Shown: piece by piece, positions 39,847-49,547 of the stretch
How positions within the stretch are numbered: the first letter of the stretch is position 1
How the letters are laid out: each line of letters begins with the position of its first letter
Assembly (NCBI GenBank): GCA_035574255.1
Contig: DATLYZ010000102.1
Coordinates: 47,194-111,193 of the forward strand
Length of the DNA stretch: 64,000 bases
Origin: Gemmatimonadales bacterium
Lineage (GTDB): Bacteria; Gemmatimonadota; Gemmatimonadetes; Gemmatimonadales; GWC2-71-9
Direction of reading: 5' to 3'
The notes under the pieces: model-generated
Seen by the model: the letters and a program-made list of their open reading frames with translations, nothing else
The model's database searches: none
Told to the model about the DNA's origin: nothing
Translations under genes and position numbers: made by a program

Positions 39847-39868
39847 CCCCGACTCCGGGTTCGCCAGC

Positions 39869-42790
<2,922 letters not shown>

Positions 42791-42802
42791 GGTGTGCGAC
42801 TC

Positions 42803-42845
42803 CCGAAAAACGGCGGGCGCCCCGGCCAGCAGGGCCGGGGCGCCC
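42803..42845 (-). terminator. intrinsic-terminator-like hairpin between gcvH and gcvP
   Basis: The minus strand reads GGGCGCCCCGGCC-CTGCT-GGCCGGGGCGCCC (perfect 13-bp stem, 5-nt loop), followed by GCCGTTTTTCGG. Confidence 0.55.
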
Positions 42846-42874
42846 GGGCGGCGAGCGGCGTGGGCATGGCGCTC

Positions 42875-43261
42875 CTACTGGCCGATCCTGGCCCGGTAGG
42901 CCGCCGCGTCGAGCAAGGTGCCGAGCTCGGCGGGATCCTGGAGGCGGAGCCGGATCATCCAGCCCGCGCCGTACGGATCGCGATTCACCAGGCCCGGATC
43001 CCCTTCCAGCTTGGTGTTGACCTCCACGACCTCGCCGCTCACGGGGCAGAAGAGTTCGGAGACCGCCTTCACGGCTTCCACGGTGCCGAAGACCGCCATG
43101 CGGTCGAAGCGGGCGCCGGGCTTGGGCAGCTCGACGAACACGATATCGCCCAGTTCACCCTGGGCGTAATCGGTGATGCCGACCTCGACCACGGCGTCGC
43201 CGGTCTTGCGGACGTACTCGTGTTCCGGGGTGTACAGCAGGTCGGCGGGAATGGTGGCCAC
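42875..43261 (-). CDS. gcvH: glycine cleavage system H protein
   Basis: IPADLLYTPEHEYVRK and the lipoyl-lysine region VEAVKAVSELF. GTG 43261 lies 9 nt after GGAG; the ORF-track start 43291 is an alternative. Confidence 0.9.
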   Translation of the reverse strand: MATIPADLLYTPEHEYVRKTGDAVVEVGITDYAQGELGDIVFVELPKPGARFDRMAVFGTVEAVKAVSELFCPVSGEVVEVNTKLEGDPGLVNRDPYGAGWMIRLRLQDPAELGTLLDAAAYRARIGQ

Positions 43262-43315
43262 GCGGGAGGGCTCCGGGATTGACGGGGGCAAGGATAGACG
43301 CGGCGGGGGAGGGAA

Positions 43316-43948
43316 TCAAGTCTGGGCCGCGGCCAGCCGTTCCAGTTCGTCCCACACGGCCCGGGCCCGCCGCTCGAGCGTGGGCAGGTCGCCGTCGTTC
43401 TCGATCACGAACGGGCTCCGGTTCCCGGGGCCGCCGCGCCAGGCGCGCTTCGCCGCGGCGGGCAGCTGGAGTGCCATCAGGTGGCGGGCCTCCACCTCGC
43501 TCAGGCCGCGGGTGGTTTGGAGCCGTGTCAGGCGAATGGCTTCGGGGGCGTCCACCAGCACCACCGCATCGAAGCGGCCCGGGTCGCGCACCTCGAAGAG
43601 GAGGGGGATGTCGCAAACCACGATCCGGTCCCCCCGGTCGCGTGCCGCCGCGATGTGCTCCCTCGTGAGGCGTTCCACCGCCGGGTGCACGATCGCGTTG
43701 AGCGCCGAGCGGGCGTCGGGGTCGCTGAGCATGAGGGCCCGGAGCCGGTCCCGGTCCAGAGTCCCGTCCGGCCGTACCACCGCGGGCCCGAAGCGCGCCG
43801 TGATGGCCGCGAACACCGGCGAGCCCGGGGCCTGGAGTTCCCGCACCAAGGCGTCGGCGTCGATGATCGTCGCCCCCCAGCGCCGGAACAGGTCGGCCAC
43901 CCGGGACTTGCCGGACGCGACGTTACCGGTAAGCGCGACGAGGAGCAT
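43316..43948 (-). CDS. coaE: dephospho-CoA kinase
   Basis: MLLVALTGNVASGKSRVADLF...IDADAL. Confidence 0.85.
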   Translation of the reverse strand: MLLVALTGNVASGKSRVADLFRRWGATIIDADALVRELQAPGSPVFAAITARFGPAVVRPDGTLDRDRLRALMLSDPDARSALNAIVHPAVERLTREHIAAARDRGDRIVVCDIPLLFEVRDPGRFDAVVLVDAPEAIRLTRLQTTRGLSEVEARHLMALQLPAAAKRAWRGGPGNRSPFVIENDGDLPTLERRARAVWDELERLAAAQT

Positions 43949-44383
43949 GGGGGAGAGGCGATGGGGGCCAGGCCGGGGCGCCAGACGCCGATGCCGGCCG
44001 TCCCCGGGCTGTTGAGGTTCACGGGCGGTTCACGCGTCGCCAGCCGCGGGGCGGGACGGCGGGGGGGGTAGCTCGCCGTGTCCACCCGACGACCCGGGCC
44101 GCGGTACTTCTCCCTTCCCTCCGCCGGCTCCTTGCCCGCCAGCCGAACGCCGCGGAGGGACGCGGACGGACGCGGAGAGATCACCGGGCTTTCCTCGACA
44201 GCCGCCCCGGGCCGGCGCCCTGACCAACCGGGCCTGCACCCTCGGTGTCCCTCTGCGTCCTCGGTGGCCCCTTGCTCCGGCTCGCCGGACCAGCGGCGCG
44301 GGGTAGCAGGGTTGACGGGAAGGCGCTCGCGCGGCTTCCCCCGCCGGGGTTCGGCGGTTCGCCCCTCACCACAGCCGGGCACC

Positions 44384-44986
44384 CTAGAGCAGGGCCGTCT
44401 GATCCTCGTCCTGTCGCGGGACCCGGTGGCAGTGGCGGCACCGGGCTTCGTAGGACTCGCGCCCGCCCACGAGAATGGTCGGCGAGTCGTAGCGCGCGGG
44501 GCGGCCATCCACCAGGCGCTGGTTCCGCGTGGCGAGGTCGCCGCAGATGACGCAGATGGCCTGCAGCTTGTCCACCGATTCCGCCACCGCCATCAGGTCG
44601 CCCATGGCGCCGAAGGGCTCACCCCGGAAATCGGTGTCGGTCCCCGCGACGATGACGCGCACCCCCCGGGCGGCGAGCGCCGTCACCACCGTGACGATCT
44701 CGGGGTCGAGGAACTGGGCCTCGTCAATGGCCACGAGTTCGGTGTCGGGCCGCACCTGCCGGAAGATCTCCGCCGCCGAGTCCACCGGCACCGCCTCGAT
44801 TTCGCGGCCGTCGTGTGAGGCGATGCTGGAAGGGCCGTAGCGGGTGTCGAAGTGCGATTTGAAGACCTGCACCCGGCGCCGCGCGATGATCGCCCGCCGC
44901 ACCCGGCGGATCAGTTCCTCGCTCTTGCCGCTGAACATCACGCCGGTGATCACCTCGATCCACCCCGGCCGCGACCCATGGTACAT
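44384..44986 (-). CDS. tdk: thymidine kinase
   Basis: [25 protein letters not shown] and a C-terminal Zn ribbon with CVICG...CRHCH. ATG at 44986 (residue 133 of the track ORF). Confidence 0.9.
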   Translation of the reverse strand: MYHGSRPGWIEVITGVMFSGKSEELIRRVRRAIIARRRVQVFKSHFDTRYGPSSIASHDGREIEAVPVDSAAEIFRQVRPDTELVAIDEAQFLDPEIVTVVTALAARGVRVIVAGTDTDFRGEPFGAMGDLMAVAESVDKLQAICVICGDLATRNQRLVDGRPARYDSPTILVGGRESYEARCRHCHRVPRQDEDQTALL

Positions 44987-45035
44987 CGGTGGCCTCTGAC
45001 GGAAACGACGGGAACGACTCAGCGGGAGGGAACAC

Positions 45036-45102
45036 ACGTTACTCGGGCGACGGGAGAGGGTCAAGGAACTTCCTTGACCCCCCGGGCCCGGCTTTCCACC
45101 TT
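45036..45102. promoter_or_regulatory. divergent promoter region with a 21-nt perfect palindrome GGTCAAGGAAcTTCCTTGACC (45059-45079) that supplies a TTGACC -35 on each strand
   Basis: Plus strand: TTGACC-N17-CACCTT toward the HU gene. Minus strand: TTGACC-N17-TAACGT toward tdk. All counted directly. Confidence 0.5.
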
Positions 45103-45134
45103 TCCCCGCCCGCCCCGAGGACAGGAGTCGCCGC

Positions 45135-45422
45135 GTGAACAAGCCCGAGCTGGTGGCCGCGCTCGCCGCCCACCTCAAGACCAGCAAGGCCGTCGCCGCT
45201 CGCGCCGTGGATGCGCTGTTCGGCGCCGAGGGGATCATCGCTCTCGAGCTCAAGCGCGGGCGCAAGGTCCAGCTTTCGGGGTTCGGCGCCTTCGAAGCCC
45301 GCCGGCGCAAGGCGCGGTCGGTCCGGAACCCGCGGACCGGCCGGGCCATGCTGATCAAGGCGAGCATCGCGCCGGTCTTCAAGGCCGGGAAGGGGCTGAA
45401 GGCGATGTTGAATCGGCGGTGA
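45135..45422 (+). CDS. hup: HU family DNA-binding protein
   Basis: [10 protein letters not shown]...[28 protein letters not shown] start 7 nt after ACAGGAG. Confidence 0.9.
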   Translation: MNKPELVAALAAHLKTSKAVAARAVDALFGAEGIIALELKRGRKVQLSGFGAFEARRRKARSVRNPRTGRAMLIKASIAPVFKAGKGLKAMLNRR

Positions 45423-45532
45423 CCGGCCCGGTGTGGGCTCTGGAACTCGGACGGCTCGGAACGCCCCGGTGATCGGGTTCCCGGCCCTCCCTCCCGGTGC
45501 CGATCCGCCGGGCTTCGCTCCCTGATCCTCCG

Positions 45533-46915
45533 TCACCGGCTCCCGTGCCGGTCCAGCCGGGCGACGACCCGGCGCCGGCGGATCGTCCGGCCGCTCAAGC
45601 GCCGACAGATGTCTTCAGCCTCGCCGGCCGGCAGTTCCACGAGCGAGTAGAGCTCGCGGATCTCGATCCGCCCGATCTTGGTCCGGTCCACGCCCACTTC
45701 CTTGGTGAGCGCGGCGACGATGTCGTTCGGCGACGCCTCGTCCTTGCGTCCGACCCCGATCCACACCTGGGCCACCCCGGGGCCGGCGGCCGGTTCCGCC
45801 CTGGCCGAACCGGCCAGGCGGTGGAGCGCGGCCGCCACCAGGGCGGGGTCGCGGCGTTCGAAGAGCGGCGCGAGCGCCACGAGCTCCGCGGTCAGGTCCT
45901 CCTGCTCGATGATCCGCTCGATCGCGGCTCGCCGGGCGCTGGCCTGGTCGCGCGCATCGTCGGGGGCCCCGGGCAGCCGGAGCGCCTGTTGTTTGCCCGC
46001 GATGCGCGCCACGTAGCCCAGCCCGTGGGGGGGGACCAGCAGCACGACCTCGCCGGCCGCGGCCAGTTGCGCGAGCCGCGCCGGGGCGGGCAGGTCCCAC
46101 GCCACAATCGCGGGGGCGGAGGGCGCGTCGCCCGTGACGACCGTGGTATCGCGGCCCAGCGGCACCGCTTCGGCCCGGTCCGCGCTGGCCCGGTCCGCCG
46201 CCCAGATCACGGCGTGGGCAGGATCCAGGACCTCGAGCAGCGCCGGGAGCGCGGTGCTGCGCTGGCCCCACGCCACCTGGACGGTGCGGACCGGGGGCCG
46301 GGCTGCGCTGCTGTCGGCCTGCACCAGCGGCCCGGTGGTGAAGGCCCGGCGCGCGTATCGCTCGACCAGGTCGGGCCGCGCCCCGGGGGTAGCCGGCTGG
46401 ATGATCCGGCAGCATTCGCGGGGCAGTTCCTGCATCAGGCTGGTGAGCAGCTCGTCGCTCGGATAGAGGTCGGGCCAGGCGAGCACGGCGTACTCGGCGG
46501 CCTCGAGCTTGAGGGCGCTGCGAGCAAGGAGGTCGGCGGCGGTCGAGGGGGCGGTGAGGAGGATCTCGACCCGCCCCTCGCGAAGCAGCCGGGTGGCGCG
46601 GGCCGCCCGGTAGGCCACGTGCGCGCGGTGCCCGGCCGCCTCGGCAAGGGGGAGCAACACGTCCGCCCACTCCGCGAGTGCCGGCGCCGGGGCGAGGATC
46701 AGGGCGCGCAGGCCGCCCGGGGTGAGCCCGCTCACGAGACCGGCGAGGGCTGGCGCGGCGTAGCGGGCTGCGGGCGGTACCGCGAGGACCAGGTTGGTCC
46801 CCCGCGCGGCACCGGACGCCTGCTCGCGCGGGCCCGCGTCGTCGGCGGTGTATCCCCAGGCCTCGAGCAGGGACGCCACCGGGGGGACGAGGTGGAGCTC
46901 GGTGAGGCCCGGCAT
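45533..46915 (-). CDS. DEAD-box-helicase-like protein with degenerate catalytic motifs and an intact C-terminal DbpA-type RNA-binding domain
   Basis: Collinear with the DEAD-box layout, but motif I is AVPPAARY, Ia APAPALA, Ib APST, II AWPD, III PAT and VI PPHGLGYVARIAG. The C-terminus VWIGVGRKDEASPNDIVAALTKEVGVDRTKIGRIEI is DbpA-like. Confidence 0.7.
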   Translation of the reverse strand: MPGLTELHLVPPVASLLEAWGYTADDAGPREQASGAARGTNLVLAVPPAARYAAPALAGLVSGLTPGGLRALILAPAPALAEWADVLLPLAEAAGHRAHVAYRAARATRLLREGRVEILLTAPSTAADLLARSALKLEAAEYAVLAWPDLYPSDELLTSLMQELPRECCRIIQPATPGARPDLVERYARRAFTTGPLVQADSSAARPPVRTVQVAWGQRSTALPALLEVLDPAHAVIWAADRASADRAEAVPLGRDTTVVTGDAPSAPAIVAWDLPAPARLAQLAAAGEVVLLVPPHGLGYVARIAGKQQALRLPGAPDDARDQASARRAAIERIIEQEDLTAELVALAPLFERRDPALVAAALHRLAGSARAEPAAGPGVAQVWIGVGRKDEASPNDIVAALTKEVGVDRTKIGRIEIRELYSLVELPAGEAEDICRRLSGRTIRRRRVVARLDRHGSR

Positions 46916-47053
46916 GCGGCGATCTCCATCGGTGCGCTGTGCCGCGGGCGGGACTGGCAACGCCACCCGCAGCCGACCAAGGCGTCTCGGAAGCCCGGGA
47001 TCGCTGCTCCCGGTCCCGCCGCGAAAGTAGTCGAGGACCTGATCGGAAGCCAG

Positions 47054-47082
47054 TTGACATCACGCGCCGGGGTGGGGACCTT
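47054..47082 (+). promoter_or_regulatory. promoter candidate TTGACA-N17-GACCTT upstream of the aminotransferase / nurA-herA-mre11-rad50 gene string
   Basis: Read directly; about 77 nt upstream of ATG 47159. Confidence 0.4.
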
Positions 47083-47158
47083 TGAGCGTCCTCGCGGGGC
47101 GTGGCGGTATCTCACCGGGCGTCCTCCCACGGTTTTCCAGTTGCGCGCTGCAGGTTCC

Positions 47159-48409
47159 ATGACCGATCCGCTTTCACCGAATCTGGCCCATCTGCGGCCC
47201 TCCGAGACCGTCGCCATCAGCAACGAGACCAGGCGCCGCCGCGCGCAGGGGGAGGATGTGCTGGACCTGAGCGTGGGGGAGCCGGATTTCGACACCCCGG
47301 GGCCGGTGGCGGAGGCGGGGATCCAGGCCATTCGGAAGGGGATGACCCGCTACCCTCCGAACATCGGGATCTTGGAGCTCCGGAGCGCGATGGCGCGCCA
47401 TCTCTCGCTCCTGTCAGGCGGGCGGCCGGTCAATCCGGACCAGTTCGTGGTGAGTTCGGGGTCCAAGCAGGCGATTTTCAACGCCTGTTTCGCGCTGTTC
47501 GGTCCCAAGGACAAGGTGCTGGTGCCGGCGCCCGCCTGGGTCTCGTATCCCCAGCTCGTGCATCTCTGCCGGGCGGAGCCGGTCATGGTGCCGGGCGATG
47601 CCGAGTGGGGGCTCAAGGTGAGCGTGGACGACCTGGAGCGGCGCACCGACAAGCTGGTGCGGGGGCTCATCCTGTGCTCCCCCTGCAACCCGACCGGGGC
47701 GACCTATTCGGCCGCGGAGATCCGGGCGATCGCCGAGTGGGCCCGGCGCCGCCAGGTCTGGATCATCGCGGACGAGATCTACCGCCGGATCTATTATGGC
47801 GACGGCCCCGCGCCCTCGTTCCTCGATCTGCCCGACGAGTATCTGGAGCGGACGGTCCTCATCTACGGCGCGAGCAAGGCGTACGCCATGACGGGCTGGC
47901 GGATCGGCGCCGCGCTGGCGCCGCTCCCGGTCGCGAAGGCCATCGCCGCGCTCCAGTCCCACACCACCACCGGAGCCAACCATCCGGCGCAGTGGGCGGC
48001 GGCCACGGCGTTCAGCGACGAGCGGGTCGAGCAGGACGTGCAGCGGATGGTGGCCGCCTTCCGCCGCCGCCGCGACCGGGTGGTGGAGCGGTTCCGGAGC
48101 GAGGCGCCCGGGGTCGAATTCGTCGAGCCCACCGGGGCGTTCTACTTCTTCTTCCGGGTGGACGGCATGACGGCGGCGCGGGATCTCACGGGCACCGCGT
48201 TCTGCGAGCAGGCGATGGCGGCCGGCGTGGCCCTGGTGCCGGGAGCGGCCTTCGGCGACGATCGCTGGGTCCGGATGAGCTACGCCGTCTCCGACCGCGA
48301 GCTCGAGACCGCGCTGGACCGCATCCTGGGGCTTGTCAGGCGGCTCGGCGCCGGGGAGGGCGCCAGCCGGCCGGCTGGCACCGCTGCGACCCGGAGCCCG
48401 GCCCGGTGA
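47159..48409 (+). CDS. class I/II pyridoxal-phosphate-dependent aminotransferase (aspartate aminotransferase-like)
   Basis: LSVGEPDFDTP, SPCNPTGA and YGASKAYAMTGWRIG (PLP lysine). Only the last 416 aa of the 970-aa track ORF are homologous. Confidence 0.9.
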   Translation: MTDPLSPNLAHLRPSETVAISNETRRRRAQGEDVLDLSVGEPDFDTPGPVAEAGIQAIRKGMTRYPPNIGILELRSAMARHLSLLSGGRPVNPDQFVVSSGSKQAIFNACFALFGPKDKVLVPAPAWVSYPQLVHLCRAEPVMVPGDAEWGLKVSVDDLERRTDKLVRGLILCSPCNPTGATYSAAEIRAIAEWARRRQVWIIADEIYRRIYYGDGPAPSFLDLPDEYLERTVLIYGASKAYAMTGWRIGAALAPLPVAKAIAALQSHTTTGANHPAQWAAATAFSDERVEQDVQRMVAAFRRRRDRVVERFRSEAPGVEFVEPTGAFYFFFRVDGMTAARDLTGTAFCEQAMAAGVALVPGAAFGDDRWVRMSYAVSDRELETALDRILGLVRRLGAGEGASRPAGTAATRSPAR

Positions 48410-48443
48410 GCCGCGCGGCGGCGGAGGGACCCCCGTGGGCACG

Positions 48444-49367
48444 ATGACCTGGACCCGGATGCGGCGCGCCGTGGCCGCCCGGGGATTCACGCCGGCCACC
48501 TGGATTCCCGCAGCCAGCGAGGGCCGGGCCGAAGAGGCCACCATCCAGCCGGCCCGCCTGCTCGAGGACCTGCCGCTCTCCGGGCGCGCGGTCGGACGTC
48601 CCGAGCCGTGGCCCGGCGTGGTCGCGTTCCTCGACGGCACCCAGCGCTACGAAGTCATGGCCTATGCCGATTCCACCCCGGTGGTGGTGGCGGAGATCGG
48701 CGCGGCGGTGCTGGAACGGCGCGAGCGCCGGCTCCGCCTGGCCCTGGCCGAGCGGCGCCGCCTGATCGTCGCCCGGCCGGAGGCGCTGGCCCGCCTCGAA
48801 GGCACCGCCGAGGGCCACGAGACGATCGCCCTCCCCGACGAGGGCCCCGTCCATCCGGTGCGCGACTTCCAGCTCGCCCGCCGAGCGGTGGACCAGGCCC
48901 GGGGCCGGCTGGAGGTCGAGGTGGGACGGCGTTACCGGGCCCGCTCCGACGCCTGGCTGATCGTGGACGGCCCGCTCACCGAGAGCCCTCAGTGGGCCCG
49001 CGACCCCCGCATGCTCGGGGTGAGCAAGAGCCACGCGACCCTCCCCTTCGGCGGCGAGGCGCTCGATCATTACCTCCGGCTCGCCGCGGGCCATCGCTCG
49101 CCGGTCTTCGAGCCGGCCGGTCATACCGTGACCCCAGTTCATTCCTGGGCGCTCCGGCTCTGGCCCTGGGAGGGCCGCGACGTGCTGCACGGGCTGGTCC
49201 GGATCGAGGCGGCCCCCACGCTCGACACCCTCGCGCAGGCCGACCAGCTCTCCCGCTGGCTCCTCGCCGAGCGGGCCCCCGTGTCCACGCCGGACCCCCG
49301 CTGGGACCGGCTGCTCTACGGCATTCACGCCGTGGAGCAGTACCTGAGGGCGAGTGCGGGACGGTGA
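48444..49367 (+). CDS. nurA: NurA-like nuclease
   Basis: Motifs AFLDGTQRY, WLIVDGPL and LGVSKSHA in the order I recall for NurA domains. Adjacent to the HerA-like ATPase. Confidence 0.6.
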   Translation: MTWTRMRRAVAARGFTPATWIPAASEGRAEEATIQPARLLEDLPLSGRAVGRPEPWPGVVAFLDGTQRYEVMAYADSTPVVVAEIGAAVLERRERRLRLALAERRRLIVARPEALARLEGTAEGHETIALPDEGPVHPVRDFQLARRAVDQARGRLEVEVGRRYRARSDAWLIVDGPLTESPQWARDPRMLGVSKSHATLPFGGEALDHYLRLAAGHRSPVFEPAGHTVTPVHSWALRLWPWEGRDVLHGLVRIEAAPTLDTLAQADQLSRWLLAERAPVSTPDPRWDRLLYGIHAVEQYLRASAGR

Positions 49368-49385
49368 ACGCCAGGACGGTGAACG
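49359..49385. repeat. direct repeat GGACGGTGAACG x2 (15-nt period) spanning the nurA stop codon
   Basis: 49359-49370 and 49374-49385 are identical. The reverse complement contains the GTTCACC heptad. Confidence 0.85.
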
Positions 49386-49547
49386 GGTCGTCCCGTGAGC
49401 CGAGCGGCGCCGCGCGCGGCGAGGGGTCGCCGGGTCGCTCGTGGCCCAGCGCCTGACCGCCGGGCACGGGCCCTGAGCGCCGACAGCCGAACCGTCCGCC
49501 GTTCCCCACGGCTTACCGCCATCCCTCCCTCCCCCTAGCTTTCCCGC

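Noticed and set aside
44161-44280. Possible glycine riboswitch (tandem CACCGAGG-N-GCAG) or RNase P CR-I-like GAGGAAAGCCCGG upstream of coaE-gcvH-gcvP.
   Set aside because: The two ACCGA-like boxes are only 16 nt apart, too close for two aptamers. The GGAGAG and CUCAGGCAAAAGGAC-type elements are missing. For RNase P the invariant U is C and no CR-V partner (ACAGAACCCGGCUUA-like) is present. The region is kept only as an unexplained gap.
45497-47158. N-terminal 554 residues of the 970-aa plus-strand ORF that ends as the aminotransferase.
   Set aside because: This part is antisense to the DbpA-domain gene and is low-complexity. Aminotransferase similarity begins only at MTDPLSPNLAHL (ATG 47159), which has its own upstream promoter-like element.
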